Shown: positions 1-9,800, numbered from the stretch's first letter. The stretch is 17,572 nucleotides of DNA from an uncultured bacterium (GCA_965368975.1 CBDUPA010000045.1:1-17572); one strand, 5' to 3'. Notes: a model not told the origin generated them from the sequence alone. A program made the numbers and translations.

Positions 1-122
1 CAATAATCGAACAACCGGGTCAATGTGATGGCCTTTGAGATGCTTGAGCCGTATGACGGGAAACTGTCACGTACGGTTCTTAGAGGGGCCAGGGGGTGGT
101 AACACCCCCTGGCCTACTCGGC
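1..122 (+). mobile_element. 3' end of a group II intron (domains V and VI), truncated by the window edge
   Basis: Domain V GAGCCGTATGACGGGAAACTGTCACGTACGGTTC at 46-79 (AGC triad, GAAA loop, AC bulge). Domain VI stem at 83-119 (GGCCAGGGGGTG-GTAA-CACCCCCTGGCC) with bulged A116, ending CTACTCGGC at ~122. The probable last codons of the intron-encoded protein (IIEQPGQCDGL*, 3-38) precede domain V. Confidence 0.92.
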
Positions 123-304
123 CACAGCGAGAGCACCGGGGCGCCGGTCTCGTCGCATGGCAATAGCACCTCGACGGTGAGATCCATGAAGCCTCGGGCC
201 TTGAGGCGAAAGGTGTCGCAGGGCTTCAGCTCGGTCAGCGGGCGACCGAGGAGGTCTTCGATCCGTTGGTAGGTCATCTCGTAGCGGTTGCGTCTCGTAC
301 TCAA
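123..304 (-). pseudogene. 5' part of a small mobile-element gene interrupted by the antisense group II intron; resembles DUF6908/DUF1249-type proteins
   Basis: AAGGAG RBS (314-319) lies 9 nt before a TTG start at 304. The frame reads STRRNRYEMTYQRIEDLLGRP...LKARGFMDLTVEVL...GAPVLSL and then runs into intron sequence at 122. The family is recalled from the 'GFMDL.VE...LSL(x)HY' pattern; the diagnostic C-terminal part is outside the window. Confidence 0.6.
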
Positions 305-362
305 TGCTGGGGTCTCCTTGTTGGTTGTCGTGTGCTGGGTGTGCAGGCTCGCCAGGAGCACT

Positions 363-386
363 GAGGGCGGCCCGTGGGCCGCCCTC
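363..386. terminator. GC-rich intergenic hairpin (terminator-like or RNA-processing stem)
   Basis: Perfect 10-bp inverted repeat GAGGGCGGCC-cgtg-GGCCGCCCTC just downstream of the 402-821 gene; no clear U-tract on the minus strand. Confidence 0.45.
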
Positions 387-401
387 GCTCGTGTCGCTGT
401 T

Positions 402-821
402 TCACTTCTTGGCGCTTCGCGCCTTGGATCGTGGCGCCGGCTTGGCCGGCTTGGTTGCCTCCTCCTCGGTCACCTCGGGCAGCAGGAAGCCGACGACGCC
501 GTTGCCGAAGTCTTCAGCGTCGAAGCGCCGCGCCTTCTCGGCGCTCAAGCCGTGGTGCGCAAACAGGCGCTTGCCGTCGACCAGGCGCGAGACGCTGTTG
601 CTCTGCGCCCGCAACCGGTAGGCACCTCGCGCATCCTTGGCAGCGGCCTTCAGACCGATCGCGCGGTTGGCGGAGTCGAAGCCGAGTTGGACGTGGGTCG
701 TGCCCTTGCCCAGCATCTCGACGGTCGCAGCAGTCAGGACCAAGACGCCGCCCCGGCGGACGGTGATCTCGGCGGCAGTGGCGCTGTGGGTGGCGTGGCC
801 TTCGTAGAATTCAAAGCTCAT
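402..821 (-). CDS. Hypothetical 139-aa protein, beta-rich core with Lys/Ala/Pro-rich basic tail; possible DNA-binding protein
   Basis: ATG preceded by an ACAAGGAGACC RBS, upstream sigma70-like promoter, tail KPAKPAPRSKARSAKK. Confidence 0.85.
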   Translation of the reverse strand: MSFEFYEGHATHSATAAEITVRRGGVLVLTAATVEMLGKGTTHVQLGFDSANRAIGLKAAAKDARGAYRLRAQSNSVSRLVDGKRLFAHHGLSAEKARRFDAEDFGNGVVGFLLPEVTEEEATKPAKPAPRSKARSAKK

Positions 822-909
822 AGTCGAGGTCTCCTTGTGTGAGTAGTGAGCTGTGTAGCGGGCTGCCTGTCGCGTCGGACCTGCATGCCATTGCGCTGTG
901 TGGTGGTGG

Positions 910-939
910 GTTATATTCGCGAAAACTGCGAATGGTCAA
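910..939 (-). promoter_or_regulatory. Sigma70-type promoter with a palindromic operator in the spacer
   Basis: TTGACC (939-934), 18-nt spacer, TATAAC (915-910). Inverted repeat ATTCGC-N7-GCGAAT at 915-933. Confidence 0.7.
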
Positions 940-995
940 CCACTCCACGTCGGAAACTTCGGGATTTCGTCGTATTTCTCGGGCCCCACGACTTA

Positions 996-2150
996 TCAGG
1001 CACTTAGAATCTCGTCGAGACGTGTACTCCAGCGTGCAAGGGCATCTTGCTTCTCGGAGTCGTAGCTGTGCCGGTCATAGACGGCAGTAACACCACTCTC
1101 TATATGGTTCAGGAGCTTCGAGACGACCAGTCTTGAGATGCCCATCGACGTCATACAGCTGGCAGCCGTGCGCCGCAGGTCGTGCGGCACAAACTCGACG
1201 TCGGCTCTCTTGGCAATGCGCTCGGCGGCTTTCTGCACGGCAACGATGGGATGTCCTGGCTTACGCGGACTGGCGAACACCCACGGTCCCTTCCCAGTCA
1301 AGGGACGTAGCTTGTCGAGTAGCGCCAGCGCTTGCGGCGCAAGCGGCACCCTGTGGGTGAGACCGTTCTTGGCAACGTGCGCGGGGATGGTCCACCACGC
1401 CCCGTCGATGTACCGCCAGCGCATCTTCAGCACCTCGACGCCGCGCTGTGCGGTCAGCAGCCGCATGCGGAAGGTCGCGGCCATCACCGGGTGCTCGTCA
1501 TCGAGCGCGCACCACACTCGGCAGATCTCCTCCTCGCTGAGCACTCGTTCGCGAGGACGCTCCCGCGCCGGCATCGGTACCAGCAAGCACGGATTGTGCT
1601 CGACGAGGCCGCGCCCGATCCCGAAGTTGAAGATCTTCGAGATCAGCGCCTTGACACGGTTAGCCATGATCGGTGCGCCACGGGCAACGATGGCGTCCAG
1701 GATCTCGGTTACCTCAGCACGGCCCAGACTCTTGGCCTTGCGGCGCTGCCACTGCGGCAAGAGATCGACGCGCAGAATGCGCTCGTCTTCCTGCCAGCGC
1801 CGCTTCTTGATCTTCGCGTGGCGCTCCAGGTAGACCTCGGCGAGTTCTCCAAAGGTGACAGCCTCGCGCTCGGCAACTTTCTCGACCTGTGGGTCTTCAC
1901 CCTTGGCGATGGCGGCCAGCTTCTCTCTTGCCTCGTCGCGGGCCTCGGCCAGACTCATCACGGGATAGACGCCGAGATTGAGGCGACGCTTGCTGCCGCT
2001 GGCACCCTTGTAGCGCACGATGAACGTCTTGCGGCCACTCTTCGAGACCCGCACCCCGAAGCCGGGCAGCTGCTCATCCCAGTAGTCGGTCATCCAGCGC
2101 CCGGCAACGAAGGTATCGATCGCGCGGTGGGTCAAGTGCGCTTTCGGCAT
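996..2150 (-). CDS. Tyrosine recombinase / phage-type integrase with N-terminal arm DNA-binding domain (P4-like)
   Basis: N-terminal WDEQLPGFGVRVSKSGRKTFIVRY...LGVYPVMSLAEAR (arm domain). Full catalytic set: R (TAQRGVE), K (AKNG), HDLRRT, H (LNH), Y (VTAVYDRHSY). Confidence 0.95.
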   Translation of the reverse strand: MPKAHLTHRAIDTFVAGRWMTDYWDEQLPGFGVRVSKSGRKTFIVRYKGASGSKRRLNLGVYPVMSLAEARDEAREKLAAIAKGEDPQVEKVAEREAVTFGELAEVYLERHAKIKKRRWQEDERILRVDLLPQWQRRKAKSLGRAEVTEILDAIVARGAPIMANRVKALISKIFNFGIGRGLVEHNPCLLVPMPARERPRERVLSEEEICRVWCALDDEHPVMAATFRMRLLTAQRGVEVLKMRWRYIDGAWWTIPAHVAKNGLTHRVPLAPQALALLDKLRPLTGKGPWVFASPRKPGHPIVAVQKAAERIAKRADVEFVPHDLRRTAASCMTSMGISRLVVSKLLNHIESGVTAVYDRHSYDSEKQDALARWSTRLDEILSA

Positions 2151-2154
2151 CGCC

Positions 2155-3141
2155 TCACCTCACCGGCTGCACCTGGCACCACTGTCCGGCGTCGGCGATC
2201 GTGATCGAGGCGTAGAGATGGACTCCCAGCACCGCACCCGCCTCCCGCAGCCGGTGCGTAAAGCGCTCATCCTGTCGGCTCGGTCGCGGGTTGCCCGAAG
2301 GGTGGTTGTGGGCGACGACAATCGCGCGTGCATTAGCGAGTAGCGCGGGCGCGAGGATCCCACGCGGCTCGGCCTGAGTTGCGGTCATCGTGCCAATGTA
2401 CGGGACGTCCCAACCGATAACGCGACGCGCGCCGTCGAGGAAGAGCACGGCCACAGCTTCGCGGTCGTAGCTCTGCAGGATTTGCCACAGAAGCGCTGCG
2501 GCGTCGCCGTGAGCGCGGACTTGGGGATACGTCTGCAGCGGTGCATTCGACTCGCGTACCAACTCGACACGGAGACGTGGCAGGTCCGGCAGCGAGGGCA
2601 ACTCGGCAGCCCAGGCTGGACGAACCGGTTGACGCTGTGGAAGGTTTGCGCGACACGGTCGAGGCTTCTTCCGATCGGCCGGCAGCGCGGCAATCAGCGG
2701 AGCCAGCGTGCCCTTGTCGAGTTGGATCTGATCCAGCACCGCCGCCAGCTCTGCGCCGGGCCAAAGGTCGACCCAGCCGAAGCGCGGCACCCGCGCGCCA
2801 ACCTCGAAGCCGACGTCCTGAGCAAGATCGCGGAACCGATGATTGTGGTACCCGCGATGACAGCAATCCTGGAGACCGCGCAGCCCGTTGACCCAGTGCA
2901 CCATCGCGTGAAGCAGAGCCGCTGCGACCTGGGAGGTCGAACCCGTTAGTGCATGGGCGGGTATCCGCAGACGTTGCGACTGCTCGTCGTCCTCGTGCGC
3001 ACCGCGTGAGATTCCCTCGATCCGCACGCGTGGTGGAACCTGCGCCACCTCGGGACCGAAGCGGTCGAGGAGCTGAGCGCAACAGCGCTCAAGCTCCTGT
3101 TCCACTCGTGCAACGCCGGTGCCGGTGTCCATGACCGGCAT
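2155..3141 (-). CDS. Fusion protein: degenerate SprT-like zincin N-domain plus RadC-like JAB domain
   Basis: C-terminal DREAVAVLFLD...IGTMTATQAEPRGIL..ALLANARAIVVAHNHPSGNPRPSRQD is the RadC/JAB signature. N-terminal LLHAMVH..N...LQDC...GYHNHRFRDLAQDVG matches SprT-like HExxH...H proteins with E replaced by A. Confidence 0.85.
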   Translation of the reverse strand: MPVMDTGTGVARVEQELERCCAQLLDRFGPEVAQVPPRVRIEGISRGAHEDDEQSQRLRIPAHALTGSTSQVAAALLHAMVHWVNGLRGLQDCCHRGYHNHRFRDLAQDVGFEVGARVPRFGWVDLWPGAELAAVLDQIQLDKGTLAPLIAALPADRKKPRPCRANLPQRQPVRPAWAAELPSLPDLPRLRVELVRESNAPLQTYPQVRAHGDAAALLWQILQSYDREAVAVLFLDGARRVIGWDVPYIGTMTATQAEPRGILAPALLANARAIVVAHNHPSGNPRPSRQDERFTHRLREAGAVLGVHLYASITIADAGQWCQVQPVR

Positions 3142-3144
3142 CGC

Positions 3145-3552
3145 TCAGCTCTCCGGGGCCGGAGTAGTGCCTAACATCTCTTCGAGCTGGGAAGCCTCAG
3201 CGCCCAGACGTTCGGACAGCTCGACCGCCTGCAGGTGGAGTTGCACCAGTTCGGGATCGTCGATGCTTCCTGGCTCGGCACCGAGGTGGTGGATGTAGCC
3301 TTGAAGCTGACGCAGATCTCGGAGCGCCGCGCGTAGGTCGGATTTGACCGGCACCTCGCCGCGCTCCTTGTAGGTCTCTTCATGGAGCAGGGCGTTGTCA
3401 TAGAGCGTGACGCCCACGCTACGGAAGGCGTCGCGGATGTGCGCTTCCGGGTAGAGGTGCAAATACGTCTCGCGGAAGACGGCGTGGGCTTCCCAATGCT
3501 TCGCTTCGAGACTCGGTGACAGGGGATTGCTATGCTCCGGCTGGTCACTCAT
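3145..3552 (-). CDS. Hypothetical 135-aa, probably helical protein; first gene of the hyp-radC-int operon
   Basis: Strong AAGGAGG RBS before ATG 3552. Gaps of only 3 and 4 nt to the next two genes indicate an operon. Confidence 0.85.
   Translation of the reverse strand: MSDQPEHSNPLSPSLEAKHWEAHAVFRETYLHLYPEAHIRDAFRSVGVTLYDNALLHEETYKERGEVPVKSDLRAALRDLRQLQGYIHHLGAEPGSIDDPELVQLHLQAVELSERLGAEASQLEEMLGTTPAPES
3528..3536 (+). promoter_or_regulatory. Extended -10 promoter for the predicted antisense RNA
   Basis: TG-c-TATGCT at 3528-3536, inside the first codons of the 135-aa gene on the opposite strand and about 5 nt before the first RNA hairpin. Confidence 0.55.
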
Positions 3553-3617
3553 GGGACTTTTCCTCCTTTGAGTGGCTAGGCCCGGTTCGGTGCTCCAACA
3601 CCGGATCGGGCCGTTTG
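3541..3617 (+). ncRNA. Predicted cis-antisense RNA (SymR-like architecture) covering the RBS and start codon of the 135-aa gene
   Basis: Two adjacent stems: CTGGTCACTCA/TGAGTGGCTAG (3541-3579, loop holds the anti-SD TCCTCCTT) and GGCCCGGTTCGGTG-CTCCAA-CACCGGATCGGGCC (3579-3612) followed by GTTT. All four non-Watson-Crick positions are G-U pairs on the + strand. Confidence 0.6.
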
Positions 3618-3795
3618 CTGGAAGGCTGATCAGCCTGAACCAGCAAGAATGGGCAGGCAGTCAACCCGGTGGAGCTGGTACCACTACAGCGGGAGCAGGC
3701 GAGTTGTCAACCAAGATCAAGGTTACCTGATATTGAAGCCGCTATCCTTGTTACCTCAACCTGTAAGCTCGGGAGAAGTCAGACCGGCGACCCAA

Positions 3796-3817
3796 GGCCA
3801 AGCCCCAGGGCTTTGCC
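3796..3817 (-). terminator. Possible terminator hairpin after the giant surface-protein gene
   Basis: GGCAAAGCCC-TG-GGGCTTGGCC stem 10 nt after the stop at 3828; weak U-tract. Confidence 0.35.
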
Positions 3818-3827
3818 GGCCTGATGC

Positions 3828-6800
3828 TCAGATATTGCAGTGCAAGTTGTTGTAGGCGTCTAGCTCATCCTTCAGCTCGTTGGCTTGCTTGCGATCGCTT
3901 CCCTTCGGGTTGCTGCTCGGCGGGAAGTCTTCCAGGAAGGCATCCGCCGCCTCGACAATGGGCAGGATGAAGGGATCGGTGCCGTTGGCCAGGTTGAGCT
4001 TGGTGGCGACCAGGTGGTGCGCCAGCTTGCTGGCGGCGTCGGGACCGCCGTACTGCAAGAAGCCCATCAGCTCGACGTCGCCGTACTCGACCCTACCGAG
4101 GGTGAGATGATCGACGGGCCAGGCTTCACGGTGGGTCTTCCAGTAGCCCGGTGAGCGGGTACAGGCGTCGTCGTCGAGGATCTGCCCTTCGGTCGCGTCC
4201 TGGAGGAGCAAGACGAGATCCGGCTCGACGAGCTGCAAGCCCAGCTGCAGCGTTTCGCGTCCCTCGCCTATGTCATCGCCCAGGACGCTGACGGGTACTT
4301 GTACGCTGGTCGCACCGGGCTCCAGGACCAGACTCCCGGTCGCCGCCAGGTAGTCCTCACCAGCCGTGGCCGTGACGTCGACCGTCTCGTAGGTCAAAGC
4401 TACCGGTTCAGTGAGAGCACAACTGAGGTGGACGGTGAAGAGCAGCTCCGCCGTGTCCCCGATGTCGCCTTCGGCCACCGACTGGCTGGTCGCCCAGATC
4501 ACTGGCTGGCGCAGGCTGGTCAGCGAGACGGCAGCTACCTGGTCAGTAGTATCCTGCTTCGGCTGGGCCTGGACGCGTACGCGCACGGACTCGACACCCG
4601 TGATGGCGTCCAGGGTCTCACTGAGCGTCAAAGCCTCGACGGCACCAACGACATCACCGCTGTCGAAGGCATCGAGCACCAAGCCGCCGCCGTCCAGGGC
4701 TTCGACCTGGACGCGGGCCGTCTCGCCGTCAGCCAGGCTCAGCGTGAGCGCGAAAGCGAAACGCAGCTCACCGCTGCCGAACGTACCGCCACCGTAGGCT
4801 CGGACGTCGACGGTGTGCGTCCACAAACCGTCCGTCTGGGTCCAGGCCTGCGTGCCGAGGGCCGGCAGCAACTCCGGTCCTGGGCACAGCTCGTCGTCGA
4901 GTATCGTCGCCAGCGCTTCGGCATCGGCCAGTTGTGCGACGGTTGGCTCGCTCAGTTCGAGGCGGAAGGTCTCTTCGGCCGGTTCGAAGAGGGTATCGCC
5001 GAGAATGGGAACGTTGACGTTGTGCGTCGTGACGGTCGGGGCGAAGGTCAGCTCGCCCTCGGTCGCGGTGTAGTCCTCTCCCGCCAGAGCCGTATCGTCG
5101 GCAGTGCTGTAGCGCACGGTGACGTCGCGGTCGGCCGGATTCGACAGCCGGACCTCGAAGCGTGCTTCTCCGCCGTCCGCATCGCCCTCCTCGACCTCGA
5201 CATCAGCCGCCGAGAGCAGGGCTTGGTCGTCGTCGAGGATCGTGACTTGCGCCTCACCATTGACGAGCACAGCTCCTTCGACGCTCGTCACCTGCACCAG
5301 GAACATCTCGTCGAGTTCGTCCACATCGTCGGCGGTGACCGGCACCGGGATCACGCTCTGCGCCTCTCCGCTCGGAACAGTAAGACTACCGGCGGTGGGC
5401 GTGTAGTCCTGGCCGGCGAGGGCACTGCCGTCGACGGTCGCGAAGTAGACTGTGACCGGCTGGCTCGACGCCTCGGACAGCAGCACGGGTACGCCCGCCA
5501 GGCCGGCGGCTTCCTCGACGGTCACATCGCCGAGGCTCACATCCGGCTCAGCGGAGACGGCGTCGACGGTGACGCTCAACTCGGCGCAGCCACGGCCGCC
5601 GTCGTCGTCGAAGACGCACAGGCGCACCAGATAGGTGCCGGCTTCGCTGTACGGATGCGAAGCCTGTACCGTGCCGCCGCCGGCTTGCTGGTCGAGCGCG
5701 ACGACTTCGGGCGGACCGTCACCCCAGTCGATCTCGGCGCGGTGGGTGTCGAACAGACCGGGGTCGGTGAAGATGCCGACGACCTCCAGCGGACCGCCGG
5801 CCGCAAGGTCGGAGTCCGTGGTCAGTACGGCGGTCGGTGCGACGTTGCGCACGGTGACCGTGGCGCGGTCGCACGCGGGTGCACCACCGGCGGCCTGCCA
5901 GGCGGCCTCGTTGACGCAGACCTCGTGGGTAAAGACGCCGTCGTCGCCGAAGCTGCGCGTCGCTTCGATCGGGCCAATGCCGCAGTGTGGGGTGCCCAGC
6001 GTCGCCGGCAGGAACGGACCACCGGCCCAGCTGACCTCGGCACCGTAGCTGCGCGGGGGTAGCTGCGGACCGCTGATACGCAGCTCATCGAGGTCGCAGG
6101 TCTCGAGCACCTCGCCGATGATGAAGGCTTCGTCGATGCTGCCGATCCACGGCTCGTAGTACTCCGGGTTGACGCCCAGCCAGGTGCGGTCGAAGCCGGG
6201 GCCGACGTAGCCCTGGCTGACCAACTCCTGCCCGTCGACGTACAGGCGCACACTCTGCAACGCATGGCCATCCTGGATCGGACCGATCTGCTCGTAGACA
6301 CCGGCGACAAAGGTCCATTCGCCGTGGCGGATCGGGACTACACCGAGTACGGCTTCGTTGCCCTGGAAGATCGACCAGCCGAAGTCGCCGCTGCGATAGT
6401 CGACCACCAGCGTACGGTCGAAGCCGCCGCTGTCGTGCGAGATGACGGTGTTGATGACGTAGCTGAAACCCGGCACGGTCTTGACCCACGCGCCCATGGT
6501 CAGCTTGGGCTGGGCGGTGACGTTGATGTCGACCGGGATCTCGATTGAGTCCCCGTCGAAGAAACCACCGAACTCATAAGCGCCGCCCCGATAGCCCTCG
6601 GTCGGCGTGGGTGTGCCCCAGATGGAGCCGTGATTCTCGTTGCCGCTGGCGTCCTGGACGTCGCCATCGAGCGGCAAGTAGGCGAGCAGCCGGCCGTCGT
6701 CGAGCGGTGACAGGCCGGGCTGATCGAGCGACGCCTGCAGCGTGTAGAGCGAGCCCTCGTCGACACTGCCTGGGAGGATGCTGACGCGCGGCGCCTGCGG

Positions 6801-9800
6801 ATCGATGAACGTGACCGGCAGCTCGACCGAGTGATCGTCCGGCGTTGTGTCGACGCCTTGGCTGCCGTCGTCCCACACCTCGAGCTGCACGAGTACCCCG
6901 TCGCCAGGGGTAGTGGTGTTGGGCGCTCGTACCTCGACAGTGACGTCGAACTGCGCTCGGTAGGCCAAGCGGTCGAGGTTCCAGGTCAGCGCACCGGTCG
7001 CGGCATCGAGGCTCGACGGCGCCGGCTCGATGGTGACGATCTCGAGCGGTGGCGGCACCACGGCGCGCAGCTCGACATTCGTCGGTTCGAGCGTGCCGTG
7101 GTTGGTCAGGCTCAGCGTCAGCGGCACGCTCTCGCCAGGGCGCAAGCTGCTCGGCTGCACGTCGCCGGTGAGGCCGAAGTCGAGCAGCGGACCACGCCAG
7201 TAGACCAGGAAGCTGTCGCACGCCTCGCCGCCGTCATCGTCGGTGACGCAGACGCGCACCGGGTAGTCGGTCTCCAGGTCGTAGGCATGCTGCGCCACGA
7301 TGCGGCCGGCGCTGCCTTCGGCGCTGGCTGTGGGCGTCACAGCGACGCTCTCGATCGTACCGTCGCCCCAGTCGACCGTCGCCGTGTGCGTATCCGCCGG
7401 GCCGGCGTCCCAGTAGCTGGCGTCGAGTTCGAGGAAGCCTCCGACATAGGCGGGACGGTCGGGACCGGCCTCGAGCTGGGGCTCGGCGTTGATGACCCTC
7501 AGCGGGAAGTCACCGCAGCCCACATCGGTGCCGTCGTCGACACATACCTGGGCCACGAAGTCGCCGTTGTCCGCATAGGCGTGGCTGGCTCGAATACGAC
7601 CGAAGGTCTGGCCGCTGGCAACCCAGCTATCGACACCGGCGACCGTGGTGTTGCTGTCACCCCAGTCAACCGTCGCGCTGTGACTGTCCGCGCTACCCGG
7701 ATCGACAAAGGCGGCGCCGAGCGGGAAGGTCGAGCCTTCGAGCACCGCCAAGCCCTCGACCCGCACGTCGTAGAACTGCACCAGGCCGAGGTTCAGGGTG
7801 TAGAAGCCGAAGCGGCCACTACCGAAGGCGTAGTCGCCGCTCAGGTCGGCGATGGGGTTGCCGTTCATCCAGATCTGTACCCGATCGGCACGGCTCTCGA
7901 CGCGGAAGCGGTACTCCCAGCCGTTGTTCCACGGACTGAAACCCCAGGCATCGTAGGAACGCGAGAGTTCCTCGACGCCGTTCGAGAGGCCGTTGCACTG
8001 CCAGTTGACGTGCGCCGCGAGTTCAGACACCAGCGGCACGCCGCGCACGCGCGACACCGCCAGGCCGCCCTCGGCGTAGGCGCTGCCGCATTCCGAGTTG
8101 GCCGAGATCTGGGCGCCGCTACGCTTCCAGTCGACGAGCAGGAAGTCGGCCTCCGGGTTGGTGGCGTCGCCCGGACGGTAGCCGAGCACGAAGCCGAACC
8201 AGTCGTAGTCCCAGAACGGGATCGGTCGCACCGTGAATTCGAGCGTCAGGCCGGTCGCCAGGTAGGGGCTCAGGAAAACCGTGGCCTGCGAGTCGTTCAG
8301 CTGCTCGACCTGCGTGCCCGACGGCGCGACTCGCCAATCCGGCGAGCGCCGGTCGTAAGCCCAGCTCTCGGCCGTCCACAGGCGCAGGTCAGCACCCTCG
8401 GTCGACGCGCTGACCACCGGCGCCGCGTTGACGACGCCCAGGGTCTGTGAGCGGCACGCTTCGCCGCCGTCGTCATCCCGCAGGCACAAGCGCACGGTGT
8501 AGCTGCCGTCCTGGCCGTAAGCGTGCGAAGCGCGTACCAAGGAAGCTGCGGCATCGACCGTGGCCGACTCGACGACTCCGTCGCCCCAGTCGACCGTCGC
8601 GCTGTGGCTGTCGGCGCTGCCGGCGTCGGAATATGCGACTTCGATCAGCAGGGCCTCACCCTCGGCCGGAGCGGCCAGGAAGAGCGGATCGAGCTCGGGG
8701 GCGGCGTTGGTGATCGTCACCTGCGCGCTCGCGATGTCGATTTCACCGCTGTCATCGATGACCTGCAGCGCGACGGTGAAGACGCCATCGTCCGCGAAGG
8801 TCCAGATCGGCGTAACGGTCGAGGCATTATCGAAGACGCCGTCGCCGTCGAGATCCCAGGCGTAGGCCACCAGGGTACCGTCGCGGTCGGTGGAGGCCGA
8901 GCCGTCGAGTTGCACGGGCGTGCCCTCGGTGCCGCTGTAGGGGCCACCGGCGTCCGCACGAGCGCTGGCGATGACATTGGTATCACTCGCCTGGTTATTG
9001 GCGGGTGTCGGGTCCGGCCCAGCCGAACCGTCGTCGGTGACGGTGGCGGTCATCGTCAACTCGGTGACGCCCGCTGGTAGTGCGGCGTCGACATCGACGG
9101 TGAGGGTGACGTCGGTGGTCGTACCTGCACCCAGGTCACCGAGCTGCCACTCCAGCGTGTCCGGACTGCTCGTGCCGGCAGGGAGTTCGACGCGCAGCGT
9201 CACGCCGGTCCGCGCCCCCGGCCCGGCATTCACAACGGTCGCGGTGACGGTCAGGGAATCGCCTGGATGCACCCGCTCGACGCCGTCGACCAGCCGCACG
9301 GCCAGGCCGACATCGGTCGTGGTGTAGCTCAGGCGATGCTCGTTGTTGCTCTCGTTGCACTCGGTGAGCGCATCGTCGGGGTCAACCGAGGCAATAACGG
9401 TCTGCGCACCAAAACTCAGAACGGAGGCATCGAAAGTCAGCGCGATGTCCTCATAGCGTCCCGACGCCAGCACCTGCCTGGTCGCAACGCTGCCGAGCAG
9501 CGCACCACCTGCGTGCGGATCTCCGTCGTAGACGTGCACCGGCACGCCAGCCGGAGCGGCGGACGCGCCGCCGTTCCCGACGCGCACCGTCACTGTAATC
9601 CATGGCCAGGTATCGAGGTCGACGCGCAGGTACGACGCGGACAGGTCCGCCGCCGCCAGCGGGTCGACGCCCTCGGGCGCCAGGTTGGCGCGGAAGGTGT
9701 TGTGTGTCAGCCAGGGGTGCGGCGCCGTCGCTGGTACCGAGCCATCGGCGCGCACGTTGTCGGCGTGGAACGCGTGCTGGTTCCACACCTTGCGCGCCGG

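Noticed and set aside
80-361. 93-aa ORF as a complete gene
   Set aside because: The last residues (PSRPGGVTTPWPL) are antisense intron domain VI, and the first 19 codons lie upstream of the RBS-supported start.
941-995. tRNA or att site next to the integrase
   Set aside because: No cloverleaf, T-loop motif or duplicated core sequence was recognisable within the window.
5715-8630. Recurring CCCCAGTCGACCGTCGC-like DNA repeats as CRISPR or DGR repeats
   Set aside because: They are irregularly spaced codons for the ATVDWGD motif of PKD repeats.
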